Source: Treponemataceae bacterium | GTDB taxonomy: Bacteria; Spirochaetota; Spirochaetia; Treponematales; Rectinemataceae | Assembly (NCBI GenBank): GCA_963667725.2 | Contig: CAXXHO010000003.1 | Span: 1,152,001 to 1,216,000, forward strand | Length of the DNA stretch: 64,000 nucleotides | Reading direction: 5' to 3' | Shown here: one piece after another, positions 1 to 9,240 of the stretch | Layout of the letters: each line of letters begins with the position of its first letter | Position numbering within the stretch: position 1 is the stretch's first letter | The notes under the pieces: generated by a model | Told to the model about the DNA's origin: nothing | What the model saw: only the letters and a program-made list of their open reading frames with translations | The model's database searches: none | Made by a program: the position numbers and the translations under genes

Positions 1-1013
1 CCGCCAAGAAGATCAACAAGTACCGACGCGAGCAGGACAGGATCCAGCGCATTCTTCAGATATCGTCGATGCGCGATATCAGGGTTCTCGGAAGAAACCT
101 GACCATCAAGGAAAAGCGGGAGGCCATAGAGGAACAGCTGGGCCTGCCTTCCGAGGATATCAAGGAAAAAATCCGCCAGCTCCAGGTTACCGAGAAGAAG
201 CTGAAGGAACTGGAAGCGGCTTTTGAGGCCGAATGCGATCAGATCATCTCCATGGCAAGGGACATAAACCGCGGCCGGAAAATGATGAAAAGCGCCAAGG
301 ACAGGCTTATTAAGGCCAACCTCAGGCTTGTCGTCTCGATCGCCAAGAAATACACGAACAGGGGCCTGCACTTCTTCGACCTCGTCCAGGAAGGCAATAT
401 CGGCCTTATAAAAGCGGTTGAGAAATTCGAGTACCGCAAGGGCTACAAGTTCTCCACCTACGCCACATGGTGGATACGGCAGGCCATCACGCGATCCATA
501 TCGGATCAAGCCCGCACCATACGCGTTCCCGTCCACATGATCGAGCAGATCAATAAGGTAGTGAGGGAGTCGCGGCAGCTTATGCAGAAGCTTGGGCGCG
601 AACCGACCGACGACGAGATCGCCGAGCAGCTGGGTTGGCCCGTTTCGCGCGTAAAGAGCGTCAAGAATGTAGCGCGCGAGCCAATTTCTCTCGAAACGCC
701 CATAGGCGAGGACGAAGACTCGCTTCTCGGCGATTTCATAGAAGACAAGGAAATCGAGAATCCTTCGATCCAGACCGATTATAAGCTGCTCCAGGAACAG
801 ATTAAGATGGTCCTTTCCACGCTTCCCCCGCGAGAGCAGGAAGTGCTGAGGATGCGCTTCGGCCTGGACGACGGCTACTCGCTCACGCTTGAGGAAGTCG
901 GTCTCTACTTCAACGTTACACGGGAACGTATTCGCCAGATAGAAGCGAAGGCGTTGAAGAAACTGCGCCATTTCAAGCGGAGTCAGAAACTTCGCGATTA
1001 TATGGATCATTGA
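1..1013 (+). CDS. rpoD: RNA polymerase primary sigma factor (5' part outside window)
   Basis: Region 2 [13 protein letters not shown] / [12 protein letters not shown], region 3 SLETPIG, region 4 [13 protein letters not shown]. Confidence 0.96.
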   Translation, partial: AKKINKYRREQDRIQRILQISSMRDIRVLGRNLTIKEKREAIEEQLGLPSEDIKEKIRQLQVTEKKLKELEAAFEAECDQIISMARDINRGRKMMKSAKDRLIKANLRLVVSIAKKYTNRGLHFFDLVQEGNIGLIKAVEKFEYRKGYKFSTYATWWIRQAITRSISDQARTIRVPVHMIEQINKVVRESRQLMQKLGREPTDDEIAEQLGWPVSRVKSVKNVAREPISLETPIGEDEDSLLGDFIEDKEIENPSIQTDYKLLQEQIKMVLSTLPPREQEVLRMRFGLDDGYSLTLEEVGLYFNVTRERIRQIEAKALKKLRHFKRSQKLRDYMDH

Positions 1014-1028
1014 TAGGGGTGTACGAGC

Positions 1029-1961
1029 ATGACTACAGTCGAAATGTTGGAAAAGCTGAAAACATACCAGGAAATTCTCAGCGAGCGAGTGGCGCTGGAG
1101 GAAGAGATCGATCTTCTGCCTAAGACCATCGAGGCTCAGAATGAAATGCTTTCGCGCCTCAAGAAATCCTTTGTCGAAAAGGATGAAGCATTCAAGAATT
1201 CCGAAGAGAGAGTTCGCGAACTCAGGCAGGGGTTGCAGGAAGCGGAGATGTTGCGCGAAAAGTCCGAACAGCAGATGGACGGCATCACGACGCAGCGCGA
1301 GTACGAGGCCATAAATAAGGAAATTCGCGACGCCACGGAGAAGGAGCAGACCCTTCGCAAGGATATCCAGCAGGAAGAGCGGACCTTCGCGGAGATCGAG
1401 GAAGAACTCCAGAAAACCGAGGGCGGCATCGCCATGCTCGAGCAGGAAATCGCCGAGAAGAGCAAGGCGATAGAGAACGAAAAAGAAAGCAAGCTCGCCA
1501 ACATCAAGGACCTCAAGGAAAGGGAAACCGTCATATCAGAAGGAATAAGCACCGATATTCTCTTCAAGCTCGAGCGAATCATTCGCAACAAGAAGGGTGT
1601 GGGTGTCGTGCCTGTCCACGGCGTTGTCTGTACCGGTTGCCATATGATCCTGCCCGCCAATTTTGTCAATGAAATCAGGGATGAGGAAAACACCCGCGTC
1701 AACTTCTGCCCTTACTGCTCCCGCATACTGTTTTTCGAGGAAACCGACGAAATACCCGAATTCATTGGCGACATCGAGTCCGGTTCGCTTGCCGATCTCG
1801 CCGATTATTCGGAAGAGGGTGAAGAAGAATCCGAAGCCGACGAAGAGGACGACCAGCAGGACAAGGACGATCAGGACAAGGAATTTTCGGCACCCAGGAA
1901 ATCAGGGGGCAGGAAAAGCTCCTTCTCCAGGGAAGAGTTTTCGGAAGAAGCGGACGAATAA
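1029..1961 (+). CDS. Coiled-coil + C4 zinc-ribbon protein (CT398/HP0958-like) with acidic tail
   Basis: Long coiled coil followed by CTGCHM...CPYCSRIL; lies between rpoD and rnpB. Confidence 0.88.
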   Translation: MTTVEMLEKLKTYQEILSERVALEEEIDLLPKTIEAQNEMLSRLKKSFVEKDEAFKNSEERVRELRQGLQEAEMLREKSEQQMDGITTQREYEAINKEIRDATEKEQTLRKDIQQEERTFAEIEEELQKTEGGIAMLEQEIAEKSKAIENEKESKLANIKDLKERETVISEGISTDILFKLERIIRNKKGVGVVPVHGVVCTGCHMILPANFVNEIRDEENTRVNFCPYCSRILFFEETDEIPEFIGDIESGSLADLADYSEEGEEESEADEEDDQQDKDDQDKEFSAPRKSGGRKSSFSREEFSEEADE

Positions 1962-2008
1962 CGTAAAAAAGTTTATCCTTTATACGAGCTGATTGTTGTG
2001 AATTATAG

Positions 2009-2438
2009 GAGCGAGCCGCGCTGCCGCGACTGATCGAAAGATTCGTCGAGGAAAGTCCGGGCTCAAGCGGGCGCGATGCCGGATAACGTCCGGGACGGTA
2101 ACGGACCGATGACATGCCCTCGTGCTGGGCGCAAGCCGAGCGTGAGGGGGCATGGCGTCAAGGCTGTTGCCGGACAGAGAGTGCCACAGAAAATAAACCG
2201 CCAGTAATGGTAAGGGTGAAAAGGTGGGGTAAGAGCCCACCGCATGCCCGGCAACGGACATGGCATGGCAAACCTCATCGTGAGCAAGGCCGAACAGCGG
2301 TGGATGGCCCATCCTGCCGCGCGAAAGCGCGGCGAAACCGCGGGTTGGTCGCTCGACATCGAGCGGTGACGCTGGATGCAGAGGGATGGCAGCGACGCGG
2401 GATTTCCCGCGCACAGAACCCGGCTTATAGGCTCGCTC
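2009..2438 (+). ncRNA. rnpB: RNase P RNA, type A
   Basis: GAGGAAAGTCCGGGC, AGTGCCACAGAAA, AAGGGTGAAA, GAGCAAGGCC and ACAGAACCCGGCTTA motifs; P1 gagcgagcc/ggctcgctc followed by a T tract. Confidence 0.97.
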
Positions 2439-2570
2439 TTTTTTTATTTTTTTGCATTTCGACGATCAATCAGCTTGTTCGATCTTTCATCGGACGTGAA
2501 TCTTACATTATACTATCGCGGTCCGCATAATTGTTTTAAGACAGTACGGCTTATCTGGGGTTTGCCTTAT

Positions 2571-3545
2571 ATGAAAAACAGCACACACCCTTCCTGGTGG
2601 TCTAGAAAATTTACGATCGGTCACGGAAACCGACTGATTCCGGGCGCTATAGCCATTATAGTTATCCTTAGCTTACTAGCCGGGTTCTATTTCCTGGTTT
2701 TCGGCTTCGAAGAAAAAAAGTCGGCTAACCTCAGCGACGCACAATCCTTTTCAAAAACCAAGATCCTGGAAACATGGAGTTCTGGCGATAAACTTCACAC
2801 TTTGGAGATGACCCGCGCTTCCCTGAACCTGCTTCCCCTTGACCCCTTCTACCTGAGTTTTAATGGAATCGCGGCATATTATATGTCCTCAGAAAAGCCG
2901 GAGGGCGACGAGAAACAAAGCCTGCTTGATGAAGCGGTATTCAGCCTAAGAAAAGCCATAGCTTCGGGCGGAAAGCTCCCGGTCAAGGCTCAGGTGGAAT
3001 ATGTCCTGGGTAAAGCGTATTTTCAGAAGGGATTGCCTTGGTATGATCTGGCCGCAAAATACCTCGCCCAATCCAAAGAAGATGGCTACGCGGGCAAGGA
3101 TTCTGAACAATACCTCGGATTGAGCTACGCAGGGCTCCAGAATCACGAATTGGCCGTGAAGCATTTTGAAACGGCGCTCCAGCAGGAGCCGAGCGATGTA
3201 TTGATGCTATCCGCGGCTATAAGCTATAAAGAATTAGGCAATGTTGAGAAGATGTCGGAATTGCTGTCAAAGGCAGTTGCCACTGCTTCCGATGCCTTGA
3301 TAGTTCAGCGCGCGCGTTTTATGCTCGGCGATACGGCCATGAGCAACGGCGAGATCGCAAAGGCCGGAACGCTGTATCAGTCGATCGTCGATACCGACCC
3401 CCGCTCCGCGGAAGGATGGTACAGGCTCGGGCTCGTATTCGAAGCCCAGAAGGATCCGATCAAGGCCCGTGCCGCCTGGCGCAAGGCCACCTCGATCGAT
3501 CCAAATCATATTGAGGCGAGGAAGAAGCTTGCCGAGCGACTATAG
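2571..3545 (+). CDS. Membrane-anchored tetratricopeptide repeat protein
   Basis: One N-terminal TM helix, then TPR-like repeats (AEGWYRLGLVF...AAWRKA); ATG 2571 preferred because the longer ORF overlaps rnpB. Confidence 0.82.
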   Translation: MKNSTHPSWWSRKFTIGHGNRLIPGAIAIIVILSLLAGFYFLVFGFEEKKSANLSDAQSFSKTKILETWSSGDKLHTLEMTRASLNLLPLDPFYLSFNGIAAYYMSSEKPEGDEKQSLLDEAVFSLRKAIASGGKLPVKAQVEYVLGKAYFQKGLPWYDLAAKYLAQSKEDGYAGKDSEQYLGLSYAGLQNHELAVKHFETALQQEPSDVLMLSAAISYKELGNVEKMSELLSKAVATASDALIVQRARFMLGDTAMSNGEIAKAGTLYQSIVDTDPRSAEGWYRLGLVFEAQKDPIKARAAWRKATSIDPNHIEARKKLAERL

Positions 3546-3551
3546 GGAGGA

Positions 3552-4598
3552 ATGATGGCGGTAAAGAAATTATTTGAATCCTTTTCGCAAGACATCGGAA
3601 TAGATCTGGGTACCTGCAACACCCTTATATATATTCGCGGGAAGGGAATCGTCTTGGATGAGCCTTCCGTCGTCGCCGTGGAGAAGGGAACCAGCCGCTT
3701 GGTAGCGGTAGGCACGGAGGCGAAAGGCATGCTGTCGCGCACGCCCAGAGATATCATCGCCAAAAGGCCTTTGCGGGACGGCGTGATTGCCGACCCCGAC
3801 CTCACGGAAAAAATGATCAAGTATTTCATTCAGAAGGTCGTTCCGAAGAATTGGTTTTTCAAGCCGAGAATTGTCATCGGCGTTCCTTCCTGCATTACCA
3901 AGGTCGAGGAGAACGCCGTCATCGATTCAGCCTATAAGGCCGGCGCCAGAACGGTCAAGGTAATCCCCGAATCGCTCGCCGCCGCTATCGGCGCGGGAAT
4001 TCCGATTGTCGAGCCGGCCGGGCATATGATCTGCGATATCGGCGGCGGCACGACGGAGATCTCTGTCATTTCCCTGAAAGGCATGGTAGTCACCAGGGCG
4101 ATCAGGGTCGGCGGGGATGAATTCGATGAAGCGATAATGCGCCACATAAGAAATGTCCATAATCTTATAATCGGTGATCAGACAGCCGAGCGGCTGAAGA
4201 TGGAAATTGGCAACGCGAGTCCCGAGAGGACCATCGAAAAGGTGGAGATAAAGGGAAATGACGCCATTACCGGTCTACCGCGTCGCTTTGAAGTGGATTC
4301 CGTGGAGATCCGCGAGGCTCTCATGCCCTCCATCTCCCTCATCGTCGAGGAAGTCAAGAAGACCTTGAGCGAGACTCCCCCCGAACTGGCCGCCGATATC
4401 GTAGAACGCGGTATCGTGATGTCGGGAGGCGGCGCTCTGCTGAAAGGCCTACCCAAGCTGATCGCCAAGGAAACCGGCGTACCGGTGATTCTCGCGGAAA
4501 AACCGCTGGAGTGCGTGGCTATCGGCGCGGGCAAATATTTCGAGACCATGAATAGCAGGGAAGGCGCCGAAAGCGTGTATGAGAGCCTCAATCTTTAG
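3552..4598 (+). CDS. mreB: Rod shape-determining actin MreB
   Basis: IGIDLGTCNT, DIGGGTTE, GGGALLKG. Confidence 0.97.
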   Translation: MMAVKKLFESFSQDIGIDLGTCNTLIYIRGKGIVLDEPSVVAVEKGTSRLVAVGTEAKGMLSRTPRDIIAKRPLRDGVIADPDLTEKMIKYFIQKVVPKNWFFKPRIVIGVPSCITKVEENAVIDSAYKAGARTVKVIPESLAAAIGAGIPIVEPAGHMICDIGGGTTEISVISLKGMVVTRAIRVGGDEFDEAIMRHIRNVHNLIIGDQTAERLKMEIGNASPERTIEKVEIKGNDAITGLPRRFEVDSVEIREALMPSISLIVEEVKKTLSETPPELAADIVERGIVMSGGGALLKGLPKLIAKETGVPVILAEKPLECVAIGAGKYFETMNSREGAESVYESLNL

Positions 4599-4609
4599 GA
4601 GACAAGCCA

Positions 4610-5512
4610 ATGCCGCAGAAAAAGCGTAGCCGCGGCATATTGGCGACGCAAAAAACTCCTATCATTCTCATAGCGGTGTCACTTCTCATGATTTCAATTT
4701 CTACGAGAAGCATCCTCAGTCTTCCAGGCGCGGTCGCATCCGCGGTGACTGGCGGGATTCAATATGTCTTCTCATCGGTTGGCGGTTTTGTAAAACGCAC
4801 GATCTTTTCCATCAGCGAACTGGCTGATTTGCGCGACCAGTACAACTCCCTCGCGGATAAACTCAAGACATACGAAACGCTGCAAAGAAATTTTGCCGAC
4901 ATGATGTCGGAAAACGCGAGACTGAAGGAACAGCTGGGATTTGCCCAGAATTTGACGACCATCAAGGCTTCGACGCAGATTATCGCCAAAGACCCTGGAA
5001 ACCTCTATACTAGTTATGTCATCGACAAGGGAAGCGCTGCCGGCATAACGAAAAACATGGCTGTCGCGGCTTTCCAGAACGGCATGCAGGGACTCGCGGG
5101 GAAAATCCTTGACGCGAGGAGCAAATCCAGCGTCGTCCTTCCCATCTTCGACCAGCGTTTCTTCGTATCCGCGCGACTGTCCAGAACGCGCAACGAAGGA
5201 CTGGTGAATGGACAAGGCAACCCCGATGATCCTCTCGTCATGCGCTATGTTTCAAAACTCAACGCGGCGGAAATTCAGATTGGCGATATGGTGGTGACGA
5301 GCGGTCTAGACTCGATTTATCCAAGCGACTTGGCGATAGGGAGGGTAAAGGAGATCCAGCTGCCAGAATACAGCAGCTCGGCGATCATCTTACTGGAGCC
5401 CTCCCTTAACTTTTCCAGGCTGGAATACCTTTTCGTAATCCAGAAAGAAGAAAGCCCATCTTCACCGGACGCGGCGACAATCGCGGAATCGCCGCCACGA
5501 GACGAAAAATGA
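4610..5512 (+). CDS. mreC: Rod shape-determining protein MreC
   Basis: TM + coiled coil (ENARLKEQL), IDKGS, GDMVVTSGLDSIYP. Confidence 0.93.
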   Translation: MPQKKRSRGILATQKTPIILIAVSLLMISISTRSILSLPGAVASAVTGGIQYVFSSVGGFVKRTIFSISELADLRDQYNSLADKLKTYETLQRNFADMMSENARLKEQLGFAQNLTTIKASTQIIAKDPGNLYTSYVIDKGSAAGITKNMAVAAFQNGMQGLAGKILDARSKSSVVLPIFDQRFFVSARLSRTRNEGLVNGQGNPDDPLVMRYVSKLNAAEIQIGDMVVTSGLDSIYPSDLAIGRVKEIQLPEYSSSAIILLEPSLNFSRLEYLFVIQKEESPSSPDAATIAESPPRDEK

Positions 5513-6018
5513 TAAAAGCCGCCTTGTCTTCCACGATACTGTCCTCAGCGTTTCTCATCATCCAGACGACATGGATGAAAAATGGCCTTGTCTGGGGAGT
5601 GATTCCCGATTTTTGCCTTCTTGTCATCCTATGGGTCGCTTACAACAACAGAAACAGCCAGGGGGTTATTACCGGGTTTTTTTCGGGGATAGTCTGCGAT
5701 TTCCTGTCATCCTCTCCGCTGGGATATTTTTCCTTTCTCTACATCATACCCGCTTACGCCGCTACCTTTTTGAGGAAAGTAGTGACCATGGACGCCTTTT
5801 TCATTCCCGTTCTTTTCGGCTTCGCCGGAACGGTGCTTAAAGGGCTAGGGAGCATTTTTCTCCTCCTCATCTATGGCCCGGAATATATGAGCGCCTATTC
5901 CTTGTCGGACTACCGTTTCTGGATCGAAGCGACCTTGAACGGCGCCTTGGCGCCCCTGCTTTTTTTCGGATTGAGCAAGATACGACGACTTCTCGTCACT
6001 AAAAAGGTCACCGAATGA
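5509..6018 (+). CDS. mreD: Rod shape-determining protein MreD
   Basis: Hydrophobic 169 aa, IPDF motif, ATGA overlap with mreC. Confidence 0.88.
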   Translation: MIKAALSSTILSSAFLIIQTTWMKNGLVWGVIPDFCLLVILWVAYNNRNSQGVITGFFSGIVCDFLSSSPLGYFSFLYIIPAYAATFLRKVVTMDAFFIPVLFGFAGTVLKGLGSIFLLLIYGPEYMSAYSLSDYRFWIEATLNGALAPLLFFGLSKIRRLLVTKKVTE

Positions 6019-6058
6019 AGAGGGGCGGCAGGTTCGCGGCACCCAGCCTCGAGGTTGG

Positions 6059-7924
6059 ATGATGGGCAACTCTCAGCAGCAGTGGGCCGACAGGACAAAA
6101 CTTCTCAGAGTACTTCTTGGCCTTATCTGTTCGATATATGTTGCCTATCTTTTTAATCTCCAGATCCTTCGCGGAGCGGAATTCAAGGCTCAGGCGCGAA
6201 AATACGCCATCCAGGCCGTAAAGATACCTGCCGCGAGGGGTGAAATCTACGACAGGACCAATGCCGTGCCCCTCGTCACCAACGATGAGGCCTTTTCAGT
6301 GGAAATCATACCCGCGGAAGTCTCCAACGCGAATAGGGACCTAATCTTCGCGCGCGTAGCGGAACTTCTCGACATTAAAGTAAGCGACGTGCGAAATAAA
6401 ATACCGCCGAAATATTATCATCTCTACCAGCCTATAGCGATCACGTCCTCTGCCAGCTATGCCACCATCGCCAAGCTCGCCGAGCACAAGGAAGATTTTC
6501 CGGGAGTTTACTGGAACTCCAGGCCGATCAGACGGTATCTGGAAGTGGAATCTCTCGCTCATGTTTTAGGATACGTCGGAGAGATTGGAAGAGATGAATA
6601 CAAGATACTTTTTAACAAGGGATATTCGTCGGACGATATGGTCGGAAAAGCGGGAATTGAAAAAGTCTATGACTCGATCCTGAAAGGAACCGACGGACAT
6701 CTTCTCAAGACCGTTGACGTAAAAGGCAGGGACCTGGCCGTCGAACAGACAAAAGTGGAAACACCCAAGGCAGGCAAACGGCTCGTGCTTACCATAGACC
6801 GTTCCATCCAGCAGCTTGCGGAAAAGGCGCTGGGGAAGAGAATGGGATCTATTATCGTGATGAAACCGACTACCGGCGAGATTTTAGCCAGCGTATCCTA
6901 TCCCTGGTACGACCCCAATATCTTTTCGTCCAGCAGGGCAGGCGATGAATACGCGAAGCTTCTTGCCGATCCCAACAATCCCTTGTTGAACCGGGCGATC
7001 CAGTCCTCCTATCCGCCGGCATCGACATTTAAAACCGTGCTAACGACTGCCATACTCGAGGAAAAAGTCATTTCGCCAGACCAGAAGATTCTTTGCCGCG
7101 GCGTTATCGATTACGGCGGCAGGGACTGGAACTGCTGGGTTCATAGCCCTGGACATGGGCTTGTGGATTTGAAGGGCGCCCTCGCGCAGTCCTGCGATAT
7201 CTACTACTGGACGGTTGGAAGGGACAACTTAGGCGTGGAGAAAATCGCCAGCTACGCCGGTGATTTCGGCTACGGAAAACTCACCGGCATCGACCTTCCA
7301 GGAGAAAACTCCGGGTTAGTGCCGACTCCAAAATGGAAAGAACAAAATTACAACGAACGATGGACCCTGGGCGATACCATGAATTTATCCATAGGCCAAG
7401 GGTTCATGCTGGCGACGCCGCTTCAGGTAGCCGATATGATCGCCATGATTGTGAACGACGGAATAGTCTATAAGCCTCATATTCTGAAAGAGATACGCGA
7501 TCCCGAAACGGGAGCCATCATTCAATCGGTCGAGCGCGAACAGATCATGAGCGCTTCCATAAGCAAGGCTACCTTCGAGCAAGTCCGAAGAGATCTTCGC
7601 GGCGTCGTCACCGTAGGAGGCTCGGCCAATGTTCCCGTTTCAACAAAAGCGGTGAAGGTAGCCGGCAAAACCGGCACGGCGGAAATTGGACTGAAGGACA
7701 GATGGCATTCATGGTTCGCGTCGTATGGTCCCTACGACGCTTCCCCTGAGGACCAGATAATTGTCGTTACCATGATAGAAGCCAGCAATCCATGGGAATG
7801 GTGGGCTCCCTATGCTGCCAATGTCATTTACCAGGGTATTTTCAGCGGACAGGACGCGGAGACCGCGGCCAAGTCCGTGGGGTTGAACCTTCAAGGCTCG
7901 CTGCGAAGGGGGAGGGCCGAATGA
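6059..7924 (+). CDS. mrdA: Penicillin-binding protein 2
   Basis: RGEIYDR, STFK, SCD and KTGT motifs. Confidence 0.95.
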   Translation: MMGNSQQQWADRTKLLRVLLGLICSIYVAYLFNLQILRGAEFKAQARKYAIQAVKIPAARGEIYDRTNAVPLVTNDEAFSVEIIPAEVSNANRDLIFARVAELLDIKVSDVRNKIPPKYYHLYQPIAITSSASYATIAKLAEHKEDFPGVYWNSRPIRRYLEVESLAHVLGYVGEIGRDEYKILFNKGYSSDDMVGKAGIEKVYDSILKGTDGHLLKTVDVKGRDLAVEQTKVETPKAGKRLVLTIDRSIQQLAEKALGKRMGSIIVMKPTTGEILASVSYPWYDPNIFSSSRAGDEYAKLLADPNNPLLNRAIQSSYPPASTFKTVLTTAILEEKVISPDQKILCRGVIDYGGRDWNCWVHSPGHGLVDLKGALAQSCDIYYWTVGRDNLGVEKIASYAGDFGYGKLTGIDLPGENSGLVPTPKWKEQNYNERWTLGDTMNLSIGQGFMLATPLQVADMIAMIVNDGIVYKPHILKEIRDPETGAIIQSVEREQIMSASISKATFEQVRRDLRGVVTVGGSANVPVSTKAVKVAGKTGTAEIGLKDRWHSWFASYGPYDASPEDQIIVVTMIEASNPWEWWAPYAANVIYQGIFSGQDAETAAKSVGLNLQGSLRRGRAE

Positions 7925-9240
7925 AGCATTTTCAGTTGCCGAAATTCCTCTCGGACATCGATTACTCGCTTCTGCTCATCACTGCCCTCCTCATAGGAAT
8001 CGGCATTCTTTCGATAGCTTCCGCCGGAATCGACACCGAAGGTTTCCGATTCTCGGACGAGTATTCCAAGCAGATTATCTGGGCGGCCACCGGAGCCTTG
8101 CTAGCCCTGATCGCTATGGGTCTCGATATTTCGCGGCTGAAGGATTATTCTTTTCTGGCCTATGTCATTCTATGCCTTATACTGGTCTACACCCGATTCG
8201 CCGGAAGGGTAGTCAATGGCGCCCGTTCCTGGATCGGTATCGGCGATAATGGAATTCAGCCCTCGGAATTCGCGAAAATCACCACCATCCTCTTCCTGGC
8301 CCGATATCTGGACGCGTCCGAACAGATGAGCAGTTTCAGGCGCCTCCTCACCAGCGGCTGCATCATAGCCGTTCCCGTTCTTCTCATCCTTTCCCAGCCT
8401 GATTTCGGATCGGCGCTCGTATTTTTTCCCATTCTCATCGCCATGCTGTATATGGGGGAAATCGATATACGATATACGCTCTTCATGGTTCTGACGATCC
8501 TGGTCACTTTCATTCTTCTTATACTCCCTCTCGCCGGCAAGTATTTTTTCAACAGCGGAAACCTGATAGACCTTTTTTTCCAGCGTACCGTTTTGGTGAG
8601 GCTGGTCGTCAGTTTCTTCTTCGTCGTTCTGGGACTCGCGTCCTGGGGCTGGTTCGTTTTCAAGAAAAAGTACTATTTCTGGCTTTCCTATATTTTTGCT
8701 ATTTTTGACATCTCAATCCTGATATCCTTTCTGGCGCACAAGGTTCTAAAAGAATACCAGATAATGCGTTTGATGGTCTTCCTGAATCCCAACGTCGATC
8801 CTCAAGGCGCCGGATGGAATATCATACAGGCGGTCACGGCAATAGGTTCCGGCGGACTGGCAGGAAAGGGCTATATGCAGGGGACGCAGAGTCACGCTCG
8901 GTTTATACCCCAGCAGAGTACGGACTTCATTTTTTCCATAATAGCGGAAGAATGGGGCCTCTTAGGCGGAATCATCCTGATTTTCTTGTTCGGCGCCCTC
9001 ATGTATCGAATTATCTCCCTGATCGAGACCACGAAAGACCGCTATTCGATGCTCGTCTGCGGCGGTTTCTTTGGAATGTTCTTTTTCCATTTTATGATCA
9101 ACATCGGCATGGCCATCGGCATCATGCCGATCACCGGCATTCCTCTTTATTTCATCTCATATGGCGGATCTTCCCTATGGGCGGCCATGACTGCCATAGG
9201 TTTCCTTCTCGGTATATCCGCCCGAAGGTACAGAATGTGA
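7921..9240 (+). CDS. rodA: SEDS glycosyltransferase RodA
   Basis: GARSW, IQPSEFAK, TDFIFSIIAEEWG, ISYGGSS; ATG 7921 overlaps the pbp2 stop. Confidence 0.95.
   Translation: MKHFQLPKFLSDIDYSLLLITALLIGIGILSIASAGIDTEGFRFSDEYSKQIIWAATGALLALIAMGLDISRLKDYSFLAYVILCLILVYTRFAGRVVNGARSWIGIGDNGIQPSEFAKITTILFLARYLDASEQMSSFRRLLTSGCIIAVPVLLILSQPDFGSALVFFPILIAMLYMGEIDIRYTLFMVLTILVTFILLILPLAGKYFFNSGNLIDLFFQRTVLVRLVVSFFFVVLGLASWGWFVFKKKYYFWLSYIFAIFDISILISFLAHKVLKEYQIMRLMVFLNPNVDPQGAGWNIIQAVTAIGSGGLAGKGYMQGTQSHARFIPQQSTDFIFSIIAEEWGLLGGIILIFLFGALMYRIISLIETTKDRYSMLVCGGFFGMFFFHFMINIGMAIGIMPITGIPLYFISYGGSSLWAAMTAIGFLLGISARRYRM

Noticed and set aside
1980..2530. ORFs 1980-2414, 2063-2359, 2114-2530 and the 5' extension of 2376-3545
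   Set aside because: They overlap rnpB; artefacts of a GC-rich structured RNA
8814..9236. N-terminal 141 aa of the 989-aa ORF
   Set aside because: Overlaps rodA in another frame; the real start is GTG 9237
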